Source: a virus (lineage: Duplodnaviria > Caudoviricetes). From it: 57,949 bases of DNA. Position numbers and translations under genes: made by a program. This document shows, one piece after another, positions 19,641 to 28,863 of the stretch (positions are counted from its first letter, which is position 1; each line of letters opens with the position of its first letter). Under the pieces are notes generated by a model. It was given only the letters and a program-made list of their open reading frames with translations. It did no database searches and had not been told where the DNA came from. Location: positions 1 to 57,949 of the IMG/VR virus record IMGVR_UViG_3300010158_000078; one strand, given 5' to 3'.

Positions 19641-22600
19641 ATGGCAGGACCTTGCTTAATTAAATACAAAGATAAGTGGTACGATAGAAGCGAGTTCGCC
19701 AAGCATCTTATAGATGAGGGCGGACTTACTGATGTTATATCAGAGCTTAAACCTAGAAAACCAATATCTGCGGAAGAATCATCAAACTTTGCTAACCTTA
19801 CAGAAGATAAGGATGGTAACTTTGTATTCTTCCATAAGGGTGGTAATGACTATGAAACTATCAAGAAAAGTACTGGAGGAACACTTGCTACAAGCAAAGA
19901 AGAGGCTGCTGCTTTAGGAAGAGCTGGTGGTGCAGCGATGTATTATACAGGTCCTGAAGGAGGGGAGTCTATGGTTAAAGGTAGTAGTAAGTATGCAGTT
20001 AAGGTTCCTAAGGATAAAGTATACGACTTCAACACAGATCCAGAGAATTTATTTGATAAGGCTGAGAAAATATTTAAAGAAGAGCATCCAAATATTGCTT
20101 TTTCTAAAAATGACCAGTTAGCACAAATTACAAAATTAGCTGGAGAGAGAGGTTATGATATGGTTGTGGCTGAGTGGGATGGAAAAACTAGAGCTCAAAC
20201 AACTACTGAGTTTAAACCTAATGACGTAGAGTTAAAAGAAGGAGATATAATTAAGAAACCATTCAAAGAGGATTACGTTAGCAACAAAGATAGGGGTTAC
20301 GAGTCTATTATACCAGAAACTAAAGATCAGAAACTAAAGGAGGTATACGATGCTATAAATGACGAAAGAAATAAACAAAACAAATATGATAATCTATATC
20401 ATCTTAGAGAAAATTATGTAAAAAAAGATCAAGCAGAAATCACTAAAATGATAGATGAGTCTGATATATCTCAAGAACTTAAGGACAAGTATAAGGAAGC
20501 TGTTGAATTTAAAGAAGAGAAAAGAAGAAGTGAACCACCAGCTAAATTTGTTGGTAAGTCTGTAAAAGTTGAAAACGCTCCAAACGGACATCATTTAAAT
20601 ATAGGACTAGTTGAAGGAAGAACTGATAAATTAATGTCTGCTGAGGATGTGTTGTCTAAACTTCCTAAAGATATTAAAGTTATATCTCATTCCGAGATAC
20701 AAGGCACAGAGCCTAGTATTTCTGTAGAGACATCAAGACCTCTTACTAGCTCAGAGATGGGTAAATTTTTAGAGGATACTAAACAACAAGCCATTGCCCA
20801 ACTGTCAAATGGAAGAGGTATATTATACGATACCAAAAGAGGTACGTCTGAAGGATGGGGTGAGTTTAATCCAGAGTTATTCTTTAAACAAGATGGTAAG
20901 CCTTTAAAAGAAGCAGAGGTAGTAGAAGTTAAGAAAACGTCTGAAGTAGATTACAACGGTAAGACCTACTTTAAAAATGAGAAGGGAAATTGGGTTAACT
21001 CATCCACTGGGAATGAAATAAAAGGTCTTGGACCAAAAGGTAAAGAGCTTATTAATAATTTAGAGAAAACACTTCATCCAGAAACACCAATACATAAAGA
21101 AGCTATATCTGACGTTAAGGAAATAGAAACTCTTGGTAAAATACAAGGTGGTACGGTTTCTTGGGAGAAAAGTGTTGATGACGCTATGAAGACTATGAAG
21201 TCAGAGGCTAAGCCTAATGAATCAATAGCTGATGTAGCAGAGAGAAAAATAGATGATTGGAGTTCTAGGATAGAAAAAGAAATATCTGAAACTGGTAAGT
21301 CTACATTTAACCCTACAGAGGAAGATCTAGCTACCATGAGTTATCATAGAACTAATCTTCTTGATCAGTTAAAGTCTTTAGAAAAAGACGCCATGTCTAC
21401 AGATAAGGTAACTCAAGAAAATGCACTTAAGAAAGCTGCTGAATTAAACCAGAAAATACTTGATGTAGATTATGTGTTATATGAAAGCGGAAAAGTAGCT
21501 GGTAGATCATTCTACATACGTCAAATGATAGCTAGAATGGATTCTGAAGGTGGTATGGTTATTAGAAGAATGGATATAATAAGATCTCAAGGTGGTGAGC
21601 CTTTAACAAAAGAGCAAGAAGTTCAGTTAGCTAAGATACAAGCAGAAGAAAGAGAGTTATCTAAAGATTACGATAAGATGCCTACATATTCTCAAGAAGA
21701 TTTTGATGCAGAATTAAAGAGAAGGCTTAAAAAGAAGGTTATAGAAAATAAATCTGAAAGAATAAATAAAAAACTAACAGAGTCTGGTAAAGAATTAGCT
21801 GATAAAATAAGAACAGCTAAATTGTCTAAAGGAGGATTAAGAACAGACCTATCTTTAGGTGTATATGACGCTGCTATCGAAGCCATAGCTACGCTTGTAG
21901 AGAACGGAGCTAAACTTGGAGATGCTATTAAAAATGTTTTAAAAATGTCTGAGTATAAAGACATAAATGAAAATGATTTAATAAAATCATTACTAGGTGG
22001 TATAGATAAAAAAGATATTCTAGATAATATTAAGTCAGAATCTAAAGATTCGTTATCTAAAGTATCTGTAGCTAAAGGAGATATTAGCAAACTAGTAGAT
22101 ACATATATAGAAGAAGGTTTAAGAGGTAGAGAGCTTTTTGATCAAATGAATACTGATCTTAGAGAAATCTATCCAAACATTACAGACCAACAAGTAAGAG
22201 ATGCATTCTTAAAGACTGGAGAGTTTAAGCTTGAAAGTAAAAATATTATAGATGCTACTAAAGCAGAAGCTAAAGCTGAACTTAATAGCATTGCTAAGTT
22301 AGAATCTCAGTTAGAAAATATAAAAGAAAATAAGGTAAAAGAAAAAAATCCTATTAAAAGAAGAAAGCTTACCGAAGAAGAGAATAGATTAAGAAATAAA
22401 ATTAATTCTGAATTAAAAAATAAAGGAATTGAAATTGAAAGATCTAGCTCTAAAGAAGTAGAAGTTAAAAAGGAATTAGCTAAAAGATTTAATGAAAATG
22501 TAGATTCTATACTAGAAACTATAGATAAAGAGATTGAGTCTGGAGATTTATCTGGAGAAGATATTGCACATCTTAATAAAGTAAAGAGCGATATTGAATC

Positions 22601-24539
22601 TACAAAAGTAAACGAAAAAACTTCAGAGAAAATAGATAATGCTGTTGAAAGAGGTATAAAAAAACTAGACGAAGCTAAAGTTGATGTAGCTGGAAATGAT
22701 AATATTTTAAATAAAATAGCTGAAACTAATGTTGAAAATAGATCTGACTCAGTAAATAATCATCAAGATGTTTTATTATCTAGATATAAAACAAATCTAG
22801 AAAGAAAAATAAAATCGAGTGAAGATAAAATAAATAATGGAGAGTTTGAAGAAAAACCTAGAACTCAGAGATTAAAGACTGATACTGAAGCTATTAAGCT
22901 TGAGATGAAAGCTAGAGCTATTGATACTAAGTATAGAAGAATGCGTGATATAGCTGCTCAAAAGAATATGAAGTGGTGGGAGAAAGGACTAAGCCTTGGT
23001 CAATCATTCTTAGTTAATGAACTTATCGGTGGTTTAAGTACAAGTGCAAATGTAGTTGCATCTGGTTTAGCTAAACAACCTTTAAACACATTAACTGAAT
23101 CTACTTTTGGATTGGCTGCACATACATTATTCCCAGAGCTAAGCAAACGAGCTGGTTCTGAAGGTAAGATATCATCACTTAAAGAAAAACAAAGATATAG
23201 AGCTCATTATGCTAAACTTGGTCCAGAAGGGATGAAAAAAATATGGGCTAAGACAGAAAAAAATCTTAAAACAGCTGAAGATAATTATAATTCAAATCCA
23301 ACAGATAAGAATAAAGAGAAGTTAAGAAATGCATTAGTTGCTAATCAGTCTAACTTTATATACGACTGGATAGGAAGTGATGCATGGAAAGACTCTTCTG
23401 ATGTATTTTTAAAAGGAGCTTCTACACTAGAGGAGATGACTGGAAAAGGAGAGAAGGTAGGATGGAAGAAGATGACAGGATTAGAGAAAACAGAAATGTT
23501 AATGGGTGCTATGGGAGCTTCTCATGGTTACTTTAAAAACTTCTCTGCAAGAGCTGAGTTTGCTGCTTCATTTGTTTCTAGACTTGAACAAAAATCAAAA
23601 TTAGGAGTAGACATATCTGATCCTAATGTAATAATTGAAACTATAGATGAGAGTTTAGTTAACTTTATGAGGGGTAAATACCAAGAGGACAACTACGCTA
23701 CTAGTGCTATGAAATCTATAGGTCAAGCTCTTGAGAACCCTAAGAACCCTAAATGGGAGAAATATGGAAAAGTAGCATCGTCTTTATTTAAAGCAAAATA
23801 CCCTATTGTTAGAACTGGGGTAAATATTGGTAGAGAAGCTGTTCAAGAGTATTTACTAGGAAGTATGTTTGGATCTGCTATACATGGAAAGGCAGTTGTT
23901 AAAGGTATATTTAGCGGTGTTAAAAACTCTGAACCTATAAAAGAATCTATAACTAAAGAGATTAAAAAATTACCTTCTGATAAGGTAGATCTTATATTTA
24001 GATGTTATAGAAAAGGTGGTTTAGGTCTTGTTATGGCTGGATTAGCTGCTATGGGTTATATACGTTTTGGTGGATTTACAGCTGATAAAGATAGAAAAAG
24101 AAAAGAAGGAGAGCTTGCTCAAGGAGAGCTAGAAGTTTTTGGGCATAACTTAGGTCATGAAGGATCTAAACCATTAAGTCACTTATCATTTACTTATCCA
24201 GCATTGATAATTGCTAATAACAATAGAATAATGGCTAAAGAGGGAGAGGATATGGATAAGATTCAGAAGTCTGTTACATCTAATATGTCTTCTGCATTAA
24301 GAACTATTCCAGTATTTAATGAAGGAATGAGTCCGTTATATAGCCCATCTGTTCCTTACGGAAGAGCTGCTGCTGACATATCTAAGTTGTACGATACAGA
24401 TTATGAAGGAAATTTAATTGAAAGAGATAAGAGTACTATAAAAAATAGATTCTTACAGAATGTAGGATTAAGAAAAATGACTCCTATTAAAGAAGGGAAA
24501 GAAGAAGATACTTCGTCTGGACAGAGAATTATAAGATAA
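19641..24539 (+). CDS. very large putative ejection/internal virion protein
   Basis: 1632 aa, K/E-rich coiled coils, hydrophobic Gly-rich segment near the C-terminus; last gene of the + operon. Confidence 0.5.
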   Translation: MAGPCLIKYKDKWYDRSEFAKHLIDEGGLTDVISELKPRKPISAEESSNFANLTEDKDGNFVFFHKGGNDYETIKKSTGGTLATSKEEAAALGRAGGAAMYYTGPEGGESMVKGSSKYAVKVPKDKVYDFNTDPENLFDKAEKIFKEEHPNIAFSKNDQLAQITKLAGERGYDMVVAEWDGKTRAQTTTEFKPNDVELKEGDIIKKPFKEDYVSNKDRGYESIIPETKDQKLKEVYDAINDERNKQNKYDNLYHLRENYVKKDQAEITKMIDESDISQELKDKYKEAVEFKEEKRRSEPPAKFVGKSVKVENAPNGHHLNIGLVEGRTDKLMSAEDVLSKLPKDIKVISHSEIQGTEPSISVETSRPLTSSEMGKFLEDTKQQAIAQLSNGRGILYDTKRGTSEGWGEFNPELFFKQDGKPLKEAEVVEVKKTSEVDYNGKTYFKNEKGNWVNSSTGNEIKGLGPKGKELINNLEKTLHPETPIHKEAISDVKEIETLGKIQGGTVSWEKSVDDAMKTMKSEAKPNESIADVAERKIDDWSSRIEKEISETGKSTFNPTEEDLATMSYHRTNLLDQLKSLEKDAMSTDKVTQENALKKAAELNQKILDVDYVLYESGKVAGRSFYIRQMIARMDSEGGMVIRRMDIIRSQGGEPLTKEQEVQLAKIQAEERELSKDYDKMPTYSQEDFDAELKRRLKKKVIENKSERINKKLTESGKELADKIRTAKLSKGGLRTDLSLGVYDAAIEAIATLVENGAKLGDAIKNVLKMSEYKDINENDLIKSLLGGIDKKDILDNIKSESKDSLSKVSVAKGDISKLVDTYIEEGLRGRELFDQMNTDLREIYPNITDQQVRDAFLKTGEFKLESKNIIDATKAEAKAELNSIAKLESQLENIKENKVKEKNPIKRRKLTEEENRLRNKINSELKNKGIEIERSSSKEVEVKKELAKRFNENVDSILETIDKEIESGDLSGEDIAHLNKVKSDIESTKVNEKTSEKIDNAVERGIKKLDEAKVDVAGNDNILNKIAETNVENRSDSVNNHQDVLLSRYKTNLERKIKSSEDKINNGEFEEKPRTQRLKTDTEAIKLEMKARAIDTKYRRMRDIAAQKNMKWWEKGLSLGQSFLVNELIGGLSTSANVVASGLAKQPLNTLTESTFGLAAHTLFPELSKRAGSEGKISSLKEKQRYRAHYAKLGPEGMKKIWAKTEKNLKTAEDNYNSNPTDKNKEKLRNALVANQSNFIYDWIGSDAWKDSSDVFLKGASTLEEMTGKGEKVGWKKMTGLEKTEMLMGAMGASHGYFKNFSARAEFAASFVSRLEQKSKLGVDISDPNVIIETIDESLVNFMRGKYQEDNYATSAMKSIGQALENPKNPKWEKYGKVASSLFKAKYPIVRTGVNIGREAVQEYLLGSMFGSAIHGKAVVKGIFSGVKNSEPIKESITKEIKKLPSDKVDLIFRCYRKGGLGLVMAGLAAMGYIRFGGFTADKDRKRKEGELAQGELEVFGHNLGHEGSKPLSHLSFTYPALIIANNNRIMAKEGEDMDKIQKSVTSNMSSALRTIPVFNEGMSPLYSPSVPYGRAAADISKLYDTDYEGNLIERDKSTIKNRFLQNVGLRKMTPIKEGKEEDTSSGQRIIR

Positions 24540-24544
24540 ATAAT

Positions 24545-24562
24545 AGGGGCTAATTAGCCCCT
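24545..24562. terminator. terminator between convergent late and early/middle blocks
   Basis: Perfect palindrome AGGGGCTAA|TTAGCCCCT followed by T-rich sequence. Confidence 0.75.
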
Positions 24563-24699
24563 TTCTTATTTAATATGTTTCTGTAAACATTGTTGACAGA
24601 TTCTTTACATGCTCCACGGTCCATTAGATACTTCATAACTATCTTTATCCTTTGCATTGGGTTTATTTTATGTTCTTTCATAGTTCTTTCTTTTAGCAT
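24550..24699 (-). CDS. small hypothetical protein (49 aa, not in ORF track)
   Basis: MLKERTMKEHKINPMQRIKIVMKYLMDRG…; start overlaps the upstream stop codon. Confidence 0.45.
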   Translation of the reverse strand: MLKERTMKEHKINPMQRIKIVMKYLMDRGACKESVNNVYRNILNKKGAN

Positions 24700-25235
24700 C
24701 ATAGTTTATTTTTCTTGATGTTGTTTTTTGCTGCTTCTAAATATAAAACATAATCCATAGCCTCTTGTTGAGCTTCTACAAGCCAATCATAGAGCGAAAA
24801 ATCATCTCTCTCTAGTGTTGTTCCATACTTCTTAATTCCTACCTCAGAACGGTCTCTAAATCGCTCTATAACGCTCTCGACTATTGAATCTTTAGGAGTT
24901 ATTACTTGTGGCTCATTGACAGTTATTCCGTTTACGAATTCGTCTAAGAACATACCTCCTTTTGTGCTACTACAAGGAGCCCAAGGTAGATGTTTGTTAT
25001 GATTTTTAAGTCGTTTAATAACCTTCTTCTGTTCCTTCTTAACATCAATGAAGTAGTCAAAGAAGTCTTCATCTGTTTTCATTTTATGGGTTTGGTCAAA
25101 TAAGCTAGGAAGCACGAACCATCCATCCTCACCCTCGTCCTTTAACTTCTCAGTAACATTATACGTCTCTCCAGTCTTGTAAGCTAGACGTCCGTCTTCC
25201 ATTAAATAATCTTTTATGCAAAAATATTCTTTCAT
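24699..25235 (-). CDS. protein with C-terminal all-alpha NTP-pyrophosphatase-like (MazG-like) domain
   Basis: RSEVGIKKYGTTLER…WLVEAQQEAMDYVLYLE motif. Confidence 0.5.
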   Translation of the reverse strand: MKEYFCIKDYLMEDGRLAYKTGETYNVTEKLKDEGEDGWFVLPSLFDQTHKMKTDEDFFDYFIDVKKEQKKVIKRLKNHNKHLPWAPCSSTKGGMFLDEFVNGITVNEPQVITPKDSIVESVIERFRDRSEVGIKKYGTTLERDDFSLYDWLVEAQQEAMDYVLYLEAAKNNIKKNKL

Positions 25236-25519
25236 AGTGTTGTGTATTTATTGTCTATAACATCGTAAATAATCTCAAAAATTTTAGATACAGCCATATC
25301 ATATAATTCTTTTCTACATTCATCCTTGCTTGTTCCATTTGTTACAAATTTTCTGAATGTATAAGATTGATTTTCACTAACTCCAAACTTTATTTCAAGT
25401 ACTCTAGATTTGTCTAGATCTACTATTTCTTTAAAAGTAAAATAAAATTTCTTTGGATTCATTGGATCTCTATTGATTTTATTAACTAGAGATATTAAAA
25501 TTTCTTCCGAACTAATCAT
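25232..25519 (-). CDS. hypothetical protein ending in NKYTTL
   Basis: 95 aa, ATGA-coupled on both sides. Confidence 0.55.
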   Translation of the reverse strand: MISSEEILISLVNKINRDPMNPKKFYFTFKEIVDLDKSRVLEIKFGVSENQSYTFRKFVTNGTSKDECRKELYDMAVSKIFEIIYDVIDNKYTTL

Positions 25520-26280
25520 AACGTAGTATATTTATTATTAATAATATGTATATGCTGATGCTTTCCATTTGGAAAGATATAATCTTCTAGATACATTATA
25601 TTATATTTATATATTTTTCTAATTATGTCAGCTTTCAATGTTGATCTATTAATATTAATGTCGTTAGAGGCTTCTCTTATACATTTATATATTTTTTCGT
25701 TTTTTATATTTATACATTTTTTGCTTTTTACGCTAGAACAAATACATTTTTTTATAGTCATATCTTCATTATACTTACCTAAAGGATTATTTAATTCGTC
25801 AATATATACATAAGGTGTTTTGTTTTTTATTACTCCATTTAATCTTTTTTTAGTAGAAGAATAAGATATGTTATTTATAACACAACATTCAGATAAAGAA
25901 CCAAATATTTCTTTTGTATCCATATTCATTATTCTTCTTGCCATATGAGATTTAGAGCCACTTCTATTAATTAAAGATTCTGGAGAAGGGTTAAAAACTC
26001 CTTCCCCTCCATCTGTCATATTAACTAATGTTCCAGTATTTAAATCTCTTCTTCCATATAATTTTATTAAAAAAACCTCTAATTCTTTAGCTTCTTCTTC
26101 TGATAAATTTGTAGCAACTACATCTACATAATACCCATACTTCTCTACGGTATTATGCCAATGATTATTTCTATATCTTTTAGAATGTGCTCTTTTAAGA
26201 TTTTTTTCTTTACCCATTCCAATGTAAAAAACTTCATTTGTATTTAATTTGAAATGTCTATATACATAATACTCTCTCAT
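25516..26280 (-). CDS. GIY-YIG homing endonuclease with NUMOD1-like repeats
   Basis: YYVYRH…FYIGMG…RA and LVNMTDGGEG motifs; very AT-rich. Confidence 0.8.
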   Translation of the reverse strand: MREYYVYRHFKLNTNEVFYIGMGKEKNLKRAHSKRYRNNHWHNTVEKYGYYVDVVATNLSEEEAKELEVFLIKLYGRRDLNTGTLVNMTDGGEGVFNPSPESLINRSGSKSHMARRIMNMDTKEIFGSLSECCVINNISYSSTKKRLNGVIKNKTPYVYIDELNNPLGKYNEDMTIKKCICSSVKSKKCINIKNEKIYKCIREASNDININRSTLKADIIRKIYKYNIMYLEDYIFPNGKHQHIHIINNKYTTL

Positions 26281-27857
26281 AATGTAGTATATCTATTATT
26301 TATTATATGTACATGTTGATGTTTTCCATTAGGATAGATAACTATATTAGAGTTCATCCAGCTACTCATTCCTACATTGTACCCAACTCTTAAATGAGTA
26401 AGTGTACCTACAGAGCTGTGACCGTCCTCTCTGCAAGGCGTGTGAGTATGACCAGTAATGTTCTTGGTATTCATGTTCTTGAACTGTATTACACCACCTC
26501 TTGATCCGTTGGCTCCCTTATGACCATGCATGCCACACTCTATATCTCCTATCCTATAGCTCTCGTCTATACCAAGACAGTAAACGTTATCAACATGCTG
26601 TTCGTCTAAGAATAATGGTATGATTCCCTTACCTAATGTATCATCAGACAAGCTATTAGCTAGCTTAAGATATGCATACTTGTTGTTCATTTTTCTCCAG
26701 TCAACATCATTAAGCCAACGATCTAAGAACTCATCATGGTTACTACGAACCATTACAAAATCATAATCTGAATACTTATCAAAGAACTCAACCATATCAT
26801 GTAGCTCAGTAAGTAAGTCATCTGATCCATCCTTCTCTCTGTTCATTAAGGTGAATGGCATATTACGTTCATGGTGGCTTATGCTGTGCCCGTTAAATAC
26901 ATCATGAAGGACTATCTTAGAGGATCCAAGCTTATCAGCCATATCAAATGAAACATTTAGAATATCTTGGTTGGTTTCGCCTAAGTGAAGATCTCCAAAT
27001 ATAACGGCCAAGGCTCCCATATCTGTATGATCATCAATAATACCATTGTCAATATGGAACATAAGATCATAGAATGATCCATCATCATCAGCCGTAACTT
27101 GTCTAATATGGAAAACATCTCCATCAAGCTCAACTATAACAAACCCAAGCGTGTGGTGGAACTCACCCTTCTTACCAGACTTAGTATCTGTATAGTTATC
27201 CACTGTAACTGATCCAGTTGTAACCAGTAGTTTGTGAGGATATCCATCAAGTATTGGGAGTGATTTAAGGTGAACCCTTGGATGCCCTATAATACATGAC
27301 TCAAGACCAGTAAGCCCATTAAGACCAGACAACGGGGTAGATGCTGTAGGTTGAACCTTAACATCGGAAAGGATACAAAGGTTAGGATGTATCTTGTGTC
27401 TAGCTGCATCAAGGTATGGTATGACTCTTTCATGCCAAGTATTGTATAGGTCTTTCTCCTTATCTTTTGTCTGTTTATTAGTATTTACTGTTGTAGGATT
27501 TTTATAACGACCAGCAATTATTGATATTTCAGCATCTATATGTTTGGCATAAGCTTCAATATTAGCAAGGAACTGCTCATGAACATCTGTCTCGCTCTGA
27601 GCCCAGGAAATAATAAATCTTTGCTTTGAATGATCAAGAACCCTCTTTTTAGCCTCCTTAAATGCATCAGTCTCTTCAAGCTCAGCATCCCTTGTATTGT
27701 CTGTGATACCTTCAAGTTCTAACTTTCTCGACACAATCCTTCTAGCCGAGTCTGAGTATGGTATACCATTAGACTCGCATGCTATCCGAGTACTTTTAGT
27801 TATATTATTACCCTCTTGAATGAGTTTAATAATATCTTCTATAGGATATTTTTTCAT
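26277..27857 (-). CDS. T5 A1-like calcineurin-family metallophosphoesterase/nuclease
   Basis: 526 aa; GDLH, HDVFNG, SNHD, HGHKG and GHTH metal-binding motifs; RFIISWAQ N-terminal block as in A1-like proteins. Confidence 0.7.
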   Translation of the reverse strand: MKKYPIEDIIKLIQEGNNITKSTRIACESNGIPYSDSARRIVSRKLELEGITDNTRDAELEETDAFKEAKKRVLDHSKQRFIISWAQSETDVHEQFLANIEAYAKHIDAEISIIAGRYKNPTTVNTNKQTKDKEKDLYNTWHERVIPYLDAARHKIHPNLCILSDVKVQPTASTPLSGLNGLTGLESCIIGHPRVHLKSLPILDGYPHKLLVTTGSVTVDNYTDTKSGKKGEFHHTLGFVIVELDGDVFHIRQVTADDDGSFYDLMFHIDNGIIDDHTDMGALAVIFGDLHLGETNQDILNVSFDMADKLGSSKIVLHDVFNGHSISHHERNMPFTLMNREKDGSDDLLTELHDMVEFFDKYSDYDFVMVRSNHDEFLDRWLNDVDWRKMNNKYAYLKLANSLSDDTLGKGIIPLFLDEQHVDNVYCLGIDESYRIGDIECGMHGHKGANGSRGGVIQFKNMNTKNITGHTHTPCREDGHSSVGTLTHLRVGYNVGMSSWMNSNIVIYPNGKHQHVHIINNRYTTL

Positions 27858-28012
27858 TAGATTTCTTCTTTGTGTTGAATATCTTTCAACAGGTTGATTA
27901 AAAGTGATATATTCTTATTTAATTCTTCTGTATCGTTATCCATAAGACTCTCATAAATATTGTCAGAGTAAAGATTTATGGTTTCCATTACGTGGTTTAC
28001 ATACTTTTCCAT
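27857..28012 (-). CDS. small hypothetical protein (51 aa, not in ORF track)
   Basis: MEKYVNHVMETINLYSDNIYESLMD…; preceded by -7 box TACATTTG at 28028-28035. Confidence 0.5.
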   Translation of the reverse strand: MEKYVNHVMETINLYSDNIYESLMDNDTEELNKNISLLINLLKDIQHKEEI

Positions 28013-28062
28013 TGTGTTGTTTTTTTACAAATGTAGAGATTAATCTCTATATATTGCATAAA

Positions 28063-28401
28063 TTATTCATTTATTTTACTTTCTACAATAATAAAATGAT
28101 CGTTATCACACCATTCATTAATTGCAGCGTCAATTCTTGACATAGGAAGATCCATCTTTCTTGACATATCGAGCCTGGTATTGTTAGAGTTTGACATAAA
28201 GAAGTCGATAATATTTATATTTCTCTTATGATACTTTTCCTTGAACGATACCTTATACTTGTATTTGCGTATTAGATCAGACTCAATATCTGTAAATATC
28301 CATCTATATCCAGTCTTCTCTATACCTAACGACTTAGCTCTTGCTACAATGCTTTCGTTAGTCATTCTTAATTCTTTTGCTAGGCTAACTGTTGTCTCCA
28401 T
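28063..28401 (-). CDS. hypothetical protein, possible HTH
   Basis: 112 aa; TVSLAKELRMT…IVARAKSLGI is HTH-like. Confidence 0.45.
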   Translation of the reverse strand: METTVSLAKELRMTNESIVARAKSLGIEKTGYRWIFTDIESDLIRKYKYKVSFKEKYHKRNINIIDFFMSNSNNTRLDMSRKMDLPMSRIDAAINEWCDNDHFIIVESKINE

Positions 28402-28648
28402 ATATTATACCTTTCTTGTCTTGAATACAAAATGCTTTGAATCCTTGCTTTATTAGTTCGTCTATCCTATGCTCTTGCAAAGGCTTTAGCGTATCATTAT
28501 ACTCCTTACACTCTATAAACGTAGCTACACCATCCTTAAGTGCTATAAGGTCTGGATATCCATTCTCGCTTAACTTGATAACGTTTAAAACGACATGACC
28601 AGTGGACTTGTAAGAGTTTATTATCTTGGTTTGAAACTTGCTACTCAT
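28385..28648 (-). CDS. VRR-NUC family nuclease
   Basis: GYPDLIALKDG…FIECK…LKPLQEHRI motif, next to an SF2 helicase. Confidence 0.8.
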   Translation of the reverse strand: MSSKFQTKIINSYKSTGHVVLNVIKLSENGYPDLIALKDGVATFIECKEYNDTLKPLQEHRIDELIKQGFKAFCIQDKKGIIYGDNS

Positions 28649-28863
28649 TCTACTACCTTTATAAAGTTACCATTACTATCTGTTAAAATATTAAGCTTAA
28701 ATTTACTATCAATATGAGCTAATATATTATTAAGGTCCACCATGTTAAATATCATTTTAAATGTATTTATATCTATGTGATTACTTGCGTTCTCAAGATA
28801 GTGTTTATAGAACCAATTAATATCGTATCTACCGTTGTTTCTCATTTTTATGTACTCTTCCAT
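28645..28863 (-). CDS. hypothetical protein
   Basis: 72 aa, coupled to neighbours. Confidence 0.5.
   Translation of the reverse strand: MEEYIKMRNNGRYDINWFYKHYLENASNHIDINTFKMIFNMVDLNNILAHIDSKFKLNILTDSNGNFIKVVE

Noticed and set aside
17501-22090. Several antisense ORFs (17501-18028, 21074-21337, 21692-22090) and similar ones elsewhere
   Set aside because: Ser/Leu/Phe-rich mirror translations of the real genes on the other strand.
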